Source: Actinomycetota bacterium | GTDB lineage: Bacteria > Actinomycetota > Acidimicrobiia > Acidimicrobiales > Ilumatobacteraceae | NCBI GenBank assembly: GCA_009702755.1 | Contig: WLHL01000002.1 | Coordinates: forward strand, 27,613-91,612 | DNA: 64,000 nt | Direction: 5' to 3' | Shown here: piece by piece, positions 1 to 8,485 of the stretch | Layout of the letters: the number at the start of each line of letters is the position of its first letter | How positions within the stretch are numbered: the stretch's first letter is position 1 | The notes under the pieces: model-generated | The model's input: the letters and a program-made list of their open reading frames with translations, nothing else | The model's database searches: none | What the model was told of the DNA's origin: nothing | Made by a program: the position numbers and the translations under genes

Positions 1-1
1 T

Positions 2-283
2 GAGGACACCAAGTCCGGTGTTGCTCCCGCAGAGGTCGAGTCGTTGCTGGCGGCGGGGCAGGACGCAGGATTAGTGGTGAGGGGTCTGATGACGATTGGG
101 CCGACGTCGGGCGACATTGCTGAGGCAGAAAAGGCCTTTTTGTCCCTGCGATCATTGGCTGATTCGCTGCACCTTGCTGAATGTTCCATGGGAATGTCGG
201 ACGACTATCTGGTGGCGGTCGCGTGTGGATCCACGATGATTCGCATCGGTAGTCGGCTGTTTGGGGCCCGAACAACGCACTGA
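2..283 (+). CDS. yggS: YggS-family pyridoxal-phosphate homeostasis protein, C-terminal part (5' end lies outside the window)
   Basis: The frame is open from the window edge. The translation (...VVRGLMTIGP...ECSMGMSDDY...GSTMIRIGSRLFG) matches the conserved C-terminal half of YggS/PROSC proteins. It sits directly upstream of sepF-yggT, as in the distal dcw cluster. Confidence 0.85.
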   Translation, partial: EDTKSGVAPAEVESLLAAGQDAGLVVRGLMTIGPTSGDIAEAEKAFLSLRSLADSLHLAECSMGMSDDYLVAVACGSTMIRIGSRLFGARTTH

Positions 284-302
284 AAAACACTCGGTTGCTC
301 CG

Positions 303-328
303 CTCAAAACTTGGCCTCAAAACTTGGC
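303..328. repeat. Perfect 13-bp tandem direct repeat CTCAAAACTTGGC x2 in the yggS-sepF spacer
   Basis: Read directly from the sequence: positions 303-315 and 316-328 are identical. Confidence 0.9.
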
Positions 329-346
329 TCGGAACTCCCACATAGG

Positions 347-362
347 AATGCACGAGTGCATT
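347..362. promoter_or_regulatory. Perfect 7-2-7 inverted repeat AATGCAC-GA-GTGCATT, 12 nt upstream of the sepF ATG (operator-like site or small hairpin)
   Basis: The palindrome is read directly from the sequence. Its function is not known. Confidence 0.3.
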
Positions 363-373
363 AGCCTTTCAGC

Positions 374-901
374 ATGTCGTTTCTCCGTAAAGCAATGGAT
401 TATCTAGGTCTCAATGGCGATGAGGCATATGACGATTACGACATGTCGATGGAATATGAGCGCCCAGCGCGGCCACAGCGTCAAGCACCAGGCACCGAGC
501 CACTGACTCGTCGCGGTGGATACGACCCCGAGTACTCGTCAGAAACACAGCGTCCTGCTCCGCGACCCACACGTGTCGATGACACAGGTGCAACGCGTCG
601 TCCCGATGATTCTGGTTTGCAAGTTCGCCCCATCGGTGCTCCTCGCACTGCGCCAACAGTTCGTCCAGTCCCCGCAGTTGGCGACACGGTTACTGTTCGC
701 CCGCGCAACTTCAATCAAGCACAAGAAATTGCTGACCACTTCAAGGAAGGCGTTCCCGTGATTGTCAATCTCGAAGGTGCCGATCGTGAGATGGCTCGTC
801 GTGTGATCGACTTTGCAAGTGGCATGTGTTACGCACTCAGTGGAACGATGGAAAAAGTCGGTACCGGCGTCTACTTGCTAAAGCCAGGTGGCGGCTACTA
901 A
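374..901 (+). CDS. sepF: Cell division protein SepF
   Basis: The N-terminus is MSFLRKAMDYLGL. A Pro/Arg-rich linker follows. The conserved C-terminal domain reads VRPRNFNQAQEIADHFKEGVPVIVNLEG...ARRVIDFASG. It lies between yggS and yggT. Confidence 0.95.
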   Translation: MSFLRKAMDYLGLNGDEAYDDYDMSMEYERPARPQRQAPGTEPLTRRGGYDPEYSSETQRPAPRPTRVDDTGATRRPDDSGLQVRPIGAPRTAPTVRPVPAVGDTVTVRPRNFNQAQEIADHFKEGVPVIVNLEGADREMARRVIDFASGMCYALSGTMEKVGTGVYLLKPGGGY

Positions 902-916
902 GTAGCTGGCGTTGTC

Positions 917-1156
917 ATGATTCTTGTTCAACTGGTTCAGCTCTACGTGTTCGTCATTTTCGCTCGTGCGATTTTGTCGTTCTTTCCCATTCGCTATGAC
1001 AGCCCACTTGCGCCAGTGGTTGCGTTTTTACATCGCATCACCGAGCCAGTCCTTGCGCCGATTCGTCGTGTCTTGCCCCCATTGGGCGGACTCGACCTTT
1101 CTCCACTTGTGCTCATCATCGGATTGCAAGTTCTCACTTCAATTCTCGTTCGATAA
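917..1156 (+). CDS. yggT: YggT-family small membrane protein
   Basis: 79-aa hydrophobic protein with a YggT-like pattern (FARAILSFFP...EPVLAPIRRVLPPLGGLDLSPL). It has the canonical position after sepF. Confidence 0.9.
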   Translation: MILVQLVQLYVFVIFARAILSFFPIRYDSPLAPVVAFLHRITEPVLAPIRRVLPPLGGLDLSPLVLIIGLQVLTSILVR

Positions 1157-1214
1157 CCCGCCGAATTCATTGAGGTTCCGTGGGCGTGGGGAGCCCGCGC
1201 CCTAGCCTTACGGC

Positions 1215-4200
1215 GTGACATATCCGCAGGTCGACCCTCAGCCGAACTTCCCTCGCCTTGAAGAGGGCGTCCTTGCTCGCTGGGAACGTGACCAGACCTT
1301 TGCAGCAAGCGTGGCAGCGCGCGATGCCGGTCCCAGTGGTGACAACGAGTTCATCTTCTATGACGGTCCGCCATTTGCCAATGGTCTTCCGCATTACGGT
1401 CACCTGCTCACCGGATTCGTGAAAGATGCCGTCCCTCGTTATCAAACCATGAAGGGTCGTCGAGTCGAGCGTCGTTTCGGTTGGGACTGTCATGGTCTTC
1501 CTGCAGAAGTCGAAGCAGAGAAGGAACTTGGCATCGCTGGTCACCCGGCAATCACTGAATTCGGTATTGACAAGTTCAATGATGCATGTCGCACAAGCGT
1601 TCTTCGCTACACCGACGAATGGCAACGGTATGTCACGCGTCAAGCACGGTGGGTTGACTTTGAAAATGATTACAAGACACTTGACACGCCCTACATGGAA
1701 AGTGTCATGTGGGCCTTCCGTACATTGTGGGACAAAGGCCTCATCTATGAAGGCTTCCGCGTACTCGCATATTGCTGGCGCTGTGAAACTCCGTTGAGTA
1801 ATACCGAAACTCGCATGGATGATGTGTATCGCGATCGTCAAGATCCTGCGCTCACCGTGTCCTTCCAATTGGAAACAGGGGAGAAGATTCTTGCGTGGAC
1901 GACCACGCCGTGGACGTTGCCTTCGAACCTCGCACTCGCAGTGGGTCCCGATGTTGATTACGCAGTGATGGCTCACCCCGATGGCAACAAGTACATCTTG
2001 GCTGCTGCACGTCTCGGCGGATATGAAAAAGAACTCGAAGGTGCAGAGCAAGTAGCAACTCTGAAGGGTTCAGAGATTGTGGGTCGCCGTTACACACCTT
2101 TGTTCCCGTTCTTTGCGGATACAGAAAATGCTTTCCAGGTGCTCGGTGCAGAGTTTGTGACGACCGAGGATGGCACGGGCGTTGTACACATGGCCCCAGG
2201 GTTTGGTGAAGACGACCAGAACGAGTGCAATGCAGCGGGCATTCCGACGATCTGTCCGATGGACGAGCATGGTCAGTACACCGCAGAAATCACTCCATGG
2301 GTAGGCCGTCATGTGTTTGATGCAAACCCTGACGTGATCAAGGCGTTGAAAGAAATGGGTGTGGTGATTCGCCATGACACCTACAACCACAGTTACCCAC
2401 ATTGTTGGCGTTGTGCGGAGCCGCTTGTGTATCGCGCGGTCTCATCATGGTTTGTACAAGTCACTGCATTCCGTGACCGAATGGTGGAGTTGAACCAGAA
2501 CATCAACTGGACTCCAGAGCACATCAAGGATGGCAACTTCGGAAAGTGGATCGGCAACGCTCGTGACTGGGCAATTAGTCGTAATCGATTCTGGGGTTCT
2601 CCCATTCCCGTGTGGAAGAGCGATGACCCGACCTATCCACGTATCGACGTGTATGGCTCGATTGAAGATCTCAGTAATGATTTCGGTGTTGCCGTCACTG
2701 ATTTGCATCGCCCTGGTATCGACAACTTGGTACGTCCGAACCCTGATGACCCAACGGGGAAGTCAATGATGCGCCGCGTCCCTGAAGTACTTGACTGCTG
2801 GTTTGAAAGTGGTTCGATGCCATTTGCTCAGGTGCATTACCCGTTTGAGAATCGCGAATGGTTTGAAAACCATTATCCCGGTGACTTCATTGTGGAGTAC
2901 ATCGGCCAAACGCGCGGCTGGTTCTACACATTGCATGTTCTTGCAACGGCACTGTTTGACCGTCCTTCCTTTGCTTCATGTGTAAGTCACGGAATTGTTC
3001 TCGGTGACGACGGTGCAAAAATGTCAAAGAGCCTTCGCAATTATCCAGACCCAATGGGTGTCTTTGATTCACATGGTGCTGATGCAATGCGTTGGTATCT
3101 GTTGTCATCACCGATTCTGCGCGGCGGAGATTTCTCGGTCACCGATGTGGGAATGCGTGACACGGTGCGTCAAGTGCTCTTGCCGTTGTGGAACTCGTAT
3201 TACTTCTTGTCGCTGTATGCCAATGCCGAGGGCAAGACCGGTTCTGTCCGCACTGATTCGAAGAATGTTCTCGACCAATATGTGCTGTCCAAGTTGGCCG
3301 ACACGATTGACAGTGTCACGGCATCAATGGATTCCTATGACCTGTTCGCAGCGTGCCAAACGATTCGCACCTTCCTCGACGTCCTGACCAACTGGTACAT
3401 CCGTCGTAGTCGTGATCGTTTCTGGGCAGGCGATCAAGATGCCATTGACACATTGCACACGGTTCTTGATTACGTCACAAAGATTTCGGCTCCACTCTTG
3501 CCACTGATTACTGACGAGATCAGTACAGGGTTGAACGGCACTGATGCTCCGAGTGTGCATCTTGCTGACTGGCCCACCTCGGCTTCATTGCCACGTGATG
3601 TAGCACTCGTTGCTTCGATGGACATGGTGCGTGATGTGTGCTCATCTGCACTGTCGGTTCGTAAGGCGAACAGCCGTCGCGTTCGTTTGCCATTGGCTTC
3701 GTTAACGGTGGCGTCGCCTCATGCGTCGTCCCTAGAGAATTATCTCGACATCGTGAAAGATGAAGTCAATGTTCGCGAGGTGCTCTTGACTGCTGATGTT
3801 GATGCTGTCGCGTCACATGAGTTGCAAGTGGTGCCAGCAGTTGTGGGACCTCGCCTTGGAAAGAACACACAACAGGTCATCGTCGCGGTGAAGAAGGGCG
3901 AGTGGACGCAAGACGGCGACACGATCTTGGTGGCAGGGGAGACTTTGCAGCCAGGTGAATATGCGCTCAAATTGGTCACGAAGTCGGACTCTGCCAGCGC
4001 TCCATTGCCTGGTGGTGCAGGAGTCGTCCTTCTCGATATCACCCTCACGCCAGAGTTGGAGGCAGAAGGTTTGGCCCGAGACGTGGTGCGCGCGGTGCAA
4101 CAAGCTCGCCGAGATGCCGATCTCAACGTCTCTGATCGGATTGTTTTGACCTTGGGGGCCGATGACGCAGTTCATGCTCAATTGGCCCCTCATGAGGCTC

Positions 4201-4310
4201 TGATTGCTGGTGAAACCCTTGCGGTGGAGGTGGTGTGGAACTCGAGCCTCGAGCGCACCGTGTCCATTGAAGGGACATCCATCGCTGTACTTGTTGCTGT
4301 AAGTCGTTGA
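1215..4310 (+). CDS. ileS: Isoleucine--tRNA ligase (long actinobacterial type)
   Basis: 1031 aa with a GTG start. It carries the class I signatures [10 protein letters not shown] (HIGH-type) and KMSKS ([14 protein letters not shown]). Confidence 0.97.
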   Translation: MTYPQVDPQPNFPRLEEGVLARWERDQTFAASVAARDAGPSGDNEFIFYDGPPFANGLPHYGHLLTGFVKDAVPRYQTMKGRRVERRFGWDCHGLPAEVEAEKELGIAGHPAITEFGIDKFNDACRTSVLRYTDEWQRYVTRQARWVDFENDYKTLDTPYMESVMWAFRTLWDKGLIYEGFRVLAYCWRCETPLSNTETRMDDVYRDRQDPALTVSFQLETGEKILAWTTTPWTLPSNLALAVGPDVDYAVMAHPDGNKYILAAARLGGYEKELEGAEQVATLKGSEIVGRRYTPLFPFFADTENAFQVLGAEFVTTEDGTGVVHMAPGFGEDDQNECNAAGIPTICPMDEHGQYTAEITPWVGRHVFDANPDVIKALKEMGVVIRHDTYNHSYPHCWRCAEPLVYRAVSSWFVQVTAFRDRMVELNQNINWTPEHIKDGNFGKWIGNARDWAISRNRFWGSPIPVWKSDDPTYPRIDVYGSIEDLSNDFGVAVTDLHRPGIDNLVRPNPDDPTGKSMMRRVPEVLDCWFESGSMPFAQVHYPFENREWFENHYPGDFIVEYIGQTRGWFYTLHVLATALFDRPSFASCVSHGIVLGDDGAKMSKSLRNYPDPMGVFDSHGADAMRWYLLSSPILRGGDFSVTDVGMRDTVRQVLLPLWNSYYFLSLYANAEGKTGSVRTDSKNVLDQYVLSKLADTIDSVTASMDSYDLFAACQTIRTFLDVLTNWYIRRSRDRFWAGDQDAIDTLHTVLDYVTKISAPLLPLITDEISTGLNGTDAPSVHLADWPTSASLPRDVALVASMDMVRDVCSSALSVRKANSRRVRLPLASLTVASPHASSLENYLDIVKDEVNVREVLLTADVDAVASHELQVVPAVVGPRLGKNTQQVIVAVKKGEWTQDGDTILVAGETLQPGEYALKLVTKSDSASAPLPGGAGVVLLDITLTPELEAEGLARDVVRAVQQARRDADLNVSDRIVLTLGADDAVHAQLAPHEALIAGETLAVEVVWNSSLERTVSIEGTSIAVLVAVSR

Positions 4311-4376
4311 GTTACCCCCTTTCGGGTCGTAGCCTCTCGGGGCAACACGGGCGAAAGTTCGGTGAAGGAGATCATC

Positions 4377-5351
4377 ATGGCAACCAAGAAGAAGGCCCCC
4401 GCTAAGAAGGCGCCAGCAAAGAAGGTGGCATCGAAGGCTCCGGCAAAGAAGGCCGCGCCTGCGAAGAAGGCTGCACCAGCCAAGAAGACCGCTGCGAAGA
4501 AGGCTGCTCCGGCAAAGAAGGCCGCGCCTGCGAAGAAGGCTGCACCAGCCAAGAAGACCGCTGCGAAGAAGGCTGCTCCAGCCAAGAAAGTTGTTGCGAA
4601 GAAGGCGCCTGCAAAGAAGGCTGCACCAGCCAAGAAAGTTGTCGCGAAGAAAGTTGTTGCGAAAAAGGCAGCACCAGCGAAGAAGGTCGTTGCGAAGAAG
4701 GCTCCTGCAAAGAAGGCTGCACCAGCCAAGAAGGTTGTTCCTGCGAAGAAAGCAGCAGCACCAAAGGTTGATCCAAAGAAAGCTGCGCCAGCCCCCAAGG
4801 TTGAGCCAAAGAAGGCTGATGCTAAGAAAGCTGCATCTGCTGCAGTGAAGGCAGCTCCAGTTGCTGCTCCTATGCCTCCAGCGATGCCACCGCGAATTCC
4901 GCTGAAGAAGGTCGAACCACCAAAGCGTCACGTGATTGTCAAGGGCGAAACGAAAGACGGCATCACCGCCACGAAAGATTTCGACATGAAGTTTTTGCTT
5001 TCTCAGCGCGAGTTGTTGAATGACGAGCGCATCAAGTTGGTCGGCCAGGCAAATCGTCTTGAGAATGAAGCAAATGCGATGATCGCCGATGCTGAAATGG
5101 GCGACGTGCAATTTGACGATGAAGGCGGCGAAGGCGACACCATGGTGGTGGAGCGCGAGCAGGACCTCACACTGTCAGCATTTGCTCGTCAGACAGTTGA
5201 AGAGATTGATGCTGCATTGGCTCGTATGAAGGTTGGCGAATACGGCTATTCCAGTGTTTCGGGTTCACCAATTCCTCGTGAGCGCCTTAAGGCATTGCCG
5301 TGGGCGACCGAGTTGGTGACCGAGCGTGCTGGTGGACTGGGCCGCCGTTAG
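4377..5351 (+). CDS. DdbA-like protein: histone-H1-like Lys/Ala/Pro repeat N-terminus plus a DksA/TraR-like C-terminal domain with no cysteines
   Basis: GAAGGAG sits 7 nt upstream of the ATG at 4377. The ORF track starts at GTG 4362, inside the RBS. About 150 aa of the N-terminus are AKKAAPAKK-type repeats. The C-terminus (EEIDAALARMKVGEYGYSSVSGSPIPRERLKALPWATELV) follows the DksA/TraR zinc-finger pattern, but Ser and Glu replace the four Cys. It lies between ileS and lspA, the position of Streptomyces SCO2075 (DdbA). Confidence 0.8.
   Translation: MATKKKAPAKKAPAKKVASKAPAKKAAPAKKAAPAKKTAAKKAAPAKKAAPAKKAAPAKKTAAKKAAPAKKVVAKKAPAKKAAPAKKVVAKKVVAKKAAPAKKVVAKKAPAKKAAPAKKVVPAKKAAAPKVDPKKAAPAPKVEPKKADAKKAASAAVKAAPVAAPMPPAMPPRIPLKKVEPPKRHVIVKGETKDGITATKDFDMKFLLSQRELLNDERIKLVGQANRLENEANAMIADAEMGDVQFDDEGGEGDTMVVEREQDLTLSAFARQTVEEIDAALARMKVGEYGYSSVSGSPIPRERLKALPWATELVTERAGGLGRR
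4441..4578 (+). repeat. Perfect 69-bp (23-codon) tandem duplication inside the Lys/Ala repeat region
   Basis: Positions 4441-4509 and 4510-4578 are identical base for base. Each copy encodes PAKKAAPAKKAAPAKKTAAKKAA. Imperfect KK(A/V)(A/V)-type repeats continue on both sides. Confidence 0.95.
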
Positions 5352-5367
5352 GTCGCCCAGTTTTTCC

Positions 5368-5850
5368 ATGCCATCTCCGCGCCGCTTGGCGCTTGTTGTT
5401 GCCCTCATTGTCCTTGTTGATCAATGGTCAAAATCATGGGCTGTGAATGCTTTAGATGATGGTCGCACCATTGATGTGGTGTGGACGCTTCGTTTTGCAT
5501 TGGGCTTCAACAGCGGTATTGCTTTTTCTCAAGCTCAAGATCTTGGTCCTGTCGTGGGCATTGTTGCTCTTGTTGCAGTGGCGTTATTGATTCGTGCTGC
5601 TGTGCGTGCAGAAACAGTCTTTGCTGCATACGGTCTTGCAATGATTATCGGTGGAGCCATCGGAAATCTTGCCGATCGCGTATTTCGTGGTGATGGGTGG
5701 CTGCATGGGCATGTTGTGGACTTCATTGATTTTCAGTGGTTCGCTGTGTTCAACGCAGCTGACTCGGCGATCACTGTCGGCGCAGGTGTATTGATTTTGG
5801 GTTTATTCCGCGAGTACAGGGAAGCGAAACGTCTCGAGAGGCACATATGA
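5368..5850 (+). CDS. lspA: Lipoprotein signal peptidase II
   Basis: Motifs GFNSGIAFS and VVDFIDF..FAVFNAADSAIT are present. I prefer the ATG at 5368, which lies after the upstream stop. The ORF track's GTG at 5326 would overlap the upstream gene by 26 nt. Confidence 0.9.
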   Translation: MPSPRRLALVVALIVLVDQWSKSWAVNALDDGRTIDVVWTLRFALGFNSGIAFSQAQDLGPVVGIVALVAVALLIRAAVRAETVFAAYGLAMIIGGAIGNLADRVFRGDGWLHGHVVDFIDFQWFAVFNAADSAITVGAGVLILGLFREYREAKRLERHI

Positions 5851-6779
5851 AAGTTGAAGAGACAGTTCCGGCTGCGTTAGACGGTGAACGTATTGACCGC
5901 GTGGTATCGCTGATTGCAGATATCTCTCGCTCTGATGCAACCAAACTCATTGCTGATGGTGGGACGGAGATTGATGGTTCTGTCGTGACTTCTGGAAAAT
6001 CGCGTCTGAAAGAGGGTCAAACAGTTGTTGTCGATCTCGACAAGATTCCTGTTCCTGTTCTTCCAGGACCTGATGCATCAGTGGTCTTAGATGTTGTCTA
6101 TGTCGATGACGACATCATCGTGATCAACAAAGACGCGGGAGTCGTGGTGCATCCTGCATCGGGACATGGCAATGGCACGCTGGTGAATGGAATTCTTGCG
6201 TTGTATCCCGAAGTGGCCACGGTTGGTCAGCCCGGTCGCCCAGGCATCGTGCACCGTCTTGACTCGGGAACCACCGGCATGATGGTTGTTGCTCGCACAC
6301 AACGTGCGTATGACTCGCTCGTTGCTGCTCTGCAAGAACATGAAGTGGGTCGCGAATATCTGGCACTCGCATGGGGTCGGTTTGATTCGCCCACTGCAAC
6401 AGTGGATGCAGCCATTGGTCGTCACCCGCGAGACCCGATGAAGATGGCAGTGGTCAACAGTGGCAAATGGGCGCGCACACATCTTGAAGTGCAAGAGACA
6501 TTCAATGATCCTGTTGAAGTGACACTGGTGCAATGCACATTGGAAACTGGTCGAACACATCAAATTCGTGTGCATCTCGGTGCAGTGGGTCATCCTGTTG
6601 TCGGTGACTCGATGTATGGCGGTGCACGGTCTGCTCTCGTTGCGCCTCGTCCGATGTTGCACGCGCGACGCTTGACGTTGATTCACCCCGGCAGCGGTGA
6701 AGAGATGACCTTCGAAGCAGAACTGCCTGCTGACATGGCGGCGGTTATCGCGAAGTGTTCAGTGCGAACAATCGACTAA
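5847..6779 (+). CDS. rluD: RluA-family 23S rRNA pseudouridine synthase (RluD-like) with an S4 domain
   Basis: The catalytic motif HRLDSGTTGMMVVA and the segment TGRTHQIRVH are present. An ATGA overlap couples it to the lspA stop. Confidence 0.93.
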   Translation: MKVEETVPAALDGERIDRVVSLIADISRSDATKLIADGGTEIDGSVVTSGKSRLKEGQTVVVDLDKIPVPVLPGPDASVVLDVVYVDDDIIVINKDAGVVVHPASGHGNGTLVNGILALYPEVATVGQPGRPGIVHRLDSGTTGMMVVARTQRAYDSLVAALQEHEVGREYLALAWGRFDSPTATVDAAIGRHPRDPMKMAVVNSGKWARTHLEVQETFNDPVEVTLVQCTLETGRTHQIRVHLGAVGHPVVGDSMYGGARSALVAPRPMLHARRLTLIHPGSGEEMTFEAELPADMAAVIAKCSVRTID

Positions 6780-6795
6780 AGATCCTCGTTCACCA

Positions 6796-7254
6796 TTAGT
6801 GGTGATGGTGAGGATCAGCCTTTGGCCAAGGGCCATTGCCCGCAGCAGCTGCTGCGATGGACTCGAGTGTGTACGCATCAAGGTGCTCACGCATGTGCTG
6901 ACCTGCGACATCCCAGATGGCAAGAAGCACACATTGACCTTCGTGGTCACATGAACCATCTTGGTGGGGCTGGCCGAAGTCGCCGAGCGTGATGGGGCCA
7001 TCAACGGCAGAAATGATCTCTGAGAGACGAATATCTGCGGGGGCCTTTGCAAGGACATATCCGCCACCGACGCCGCGTTTGGAACGCACAAGGCCAGCAC
7101 CTTTGAGGGCAAGAAGAATCTGCTCGAGGTATGGCTGGGGGAGACCCGTACGGTCTGCGATGTCGCGAACAGAGGTGGGTGTGCCGGTTTCGGTGTGTAA
7201 CGCCAGAGACAAAAGTGCCCTGCACGCATAATCACCTCGTGTAGAAACTCGCAC
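6796..7254 (-). CDS. Rrf2-family transcriptional regulator with a C-terminal His4 tail
   Basis: GTG start. The N-terminal wHTH reads MRVSTRGDYACRALLSLAL...VRDIADRTGLPQPYLEQILLALKGAGLV. A CX5C pair (SCDHEGQC) is followed by Trp where IscR-type proteins have the third Cys. The protein ends in ...DPHHHH. Confidence 0.9.
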   Translation of the reverse strand: MRVSTRGDYACRALLSLALHTETGTPTSVRDIADRTGLPQPYLEQILLALKGAGLVRSKRGVGGGYVLAKAPADIRLSEIISAVDGPITLGDFGQPHQDGSCDHEGQCVLLAIWDVAGQHMREHLDAYTLESIAAAAAGNGPWPKADPHHHH

Positions 7255-7283
7255 AAGCCCATCGTAGGTGGTGAACTAGGGGG

Positions 7284-8390
7284 GTGAGCACTCCATCCCC
7301 CGTCCTGCCCCGATATTCGGCCGGATGCCTGTCCGACATCATTCCCGTGCTCTGCGCGCCTGGAGGGCCTCGTACGGTGCCCTCATGGATGCCTGGGGTG
7401 GTTCAGGGTGCCCCACGCATTGTGGTTCTCCTTCTCGATGGACTTGGCTGGAATCAGTTGCAGACCTATGCCGAGCACATGCCCACTCTTGCTTCGATGA
7501 CGGGTGGTCACATCACAACGGTGGCGCCGTCGACGACAGCAACAGCTCTTACCTCGCTCGTCACCGGGCTCTCTCCAGGTGAGCATGGCCTGATCGGGTA
7601 TCGCGTCGATATGGGTGACACTGTCATGAATGTTCTGCGCTGGGGGGATGAGAACGGCGATCTTCGTCGGCGCTATCCACCGCAACAGACGCAGCCATGT
7701 CCGCCATTCCTCGGTTCCAGTGTTCCTGTGTTGAGTAAGGCTGAACTTGAGGGCAGTGGTTTTACTCTGGCTCATCTTGATGGGGTGAAACACATGGGGT
7801 GGCGTGCGCCTAGCAGTATCCCTGTGATTGTTCGTGAGGCCTTGGCTGCTGGTGAGGACTTTGTGTACGCCTATTACGACGGCATTGACAAGATTGCTCA
7901 TGAGCGAGGTTTCACCGATCACTACACAGCCGAGTTGCGCGCAGCTGACAATCTGGTTGCAAATGTGCTGTCAGTGCTTCCGCCCGACACTGTTCTGATT
8001 GTCACAGCTGACCACGGTCAAGTGCATGTGGGTGACAACACGATTGTTCCGATGGCATCGGTGACAGAACATGTCCACCACCAATCAGGTGAAGGGCGGT
8101 TTCGCTGGTTACATGCTCGTCGTGGACGTGAAGGCGCACTGTTAGATGCAGCCCGCCAATATGACGACGTGGCCTGGGTTGTCACGAAACAGCAGGTGCT
8201 GGAAGAAAATTGGTTTGGTCCGCGAGTGAGTGATGCGGTGATCCGGCGAATGGGTGACGTGGCTCTTGCAGCGCATGCGCCGGTGAGCTTTGAGGAGCCT
8301 TTGGATGGCGGAGCATTCGACCTGGTGTGTCGTCATGGGTCGCTGACTGCCGATGAGATGCTGGTGCCGTTGTTGGCTCTGAAGGCCTGA
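7284..8390 (+). CDS. Alkaline-phosphatase-superfamily protein (nucleotide pyrophosphatase/phosphodiesterase-like)
   Basis: Metal and nucleophile motifs are VVLLLDGLGWNQL, APSTTATALTSLVTG and IVTADHGQVHVG. GTG start only 29 nt from the divergent Rrf2 start. Confidence 0.8.
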   Translation: MSTPSPVLPRYSAGCLSDIIPVLCAPGGPRTVPSWMPGVVQGAPRIVVLLLDGLGWNQLQTYAEHMPTLASMTGGHITTVAPSTTATALTSLVTGLSPGEHGLIGYRVDMGDTVMNVLRWGDENGDLRRRYPPQQTQPCPPFLGSSVPVLSKAELEGSGFTLAHLDGVKHMGWRAPSSIPVIVREALAAGEDFVYAYYDGIDKIAHERGFTDHYTAELRAADNLVANVLSVLPPDTVLIVTADHGQVHVGDNTIVPMASVTEHVHHQSGEGRFRWLHARRGREGALLDAARQYDDVAWVVTKQQVLEENWFGPRVSDAVIRRMGDVALAAHAPVSFEEPLDGGAFDLVCRHGSLTADEMLVPLLALKA

Positions 8391-8485
8391 CCCACCTGAC
8401 TGCTACCTTTGTGAAGCCCACCTCAGTCGTGCCCTCGGCTATCGGTGGAATCAGTTAAGTCGCGGATGTGTAAAGGAGTGTGGGC

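Noticed and set aside
1167-2051. 294-aa minus-strand ORF opposite the ileS 5' region. Similar cases occur at 48100-48954 opposite alaS/ruvX, 8963-9571 opposite dnaE, and 44554-45180 opposite aspS/rarA.
   Set aside because: These ORFs are antisense to highly conserved housekeeping genes. They have no family resemblance and no translation signals, so I treat them as shadow ORFs.
3813-5111. 432-aa minus-strand ORF (plus 4190-4798 and 4402-4809) rich in L/C/R/W/F repeats, opposite the ileS 3' end and the Lys/Ala-repeat gene
   Set aside because: It is the mirror image of AAG/GCN repeats: KKA on the plus strand reads as FFA/SLL on the minus strand. It spans an intergenic spacer and two real genes, has no RBS, and has a low-complexity composition typical of antisense frames.
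6796-6810. C-terminal HHHH on the Rrf2 protein, considered as a possible engineered His-tag or vector remnant
   Set aside because: There are only four His residues, encoded by mixed CAC/CAT codons, with no linker, protease site or vector sequence around them. The genomic context is native. I regard it as a natural His-rich tail.
8391-8485. dnaE upstream spacer examined for an SOS box or RecA-NDp-type promoter. CCCACCTGA and CCCACCTCA are repeated 26 nt apart.
   Set aside because: There is no GAAC-N4-GTTC-type box. The 9-mer repeat is imperfect and short, which is too weak to call.
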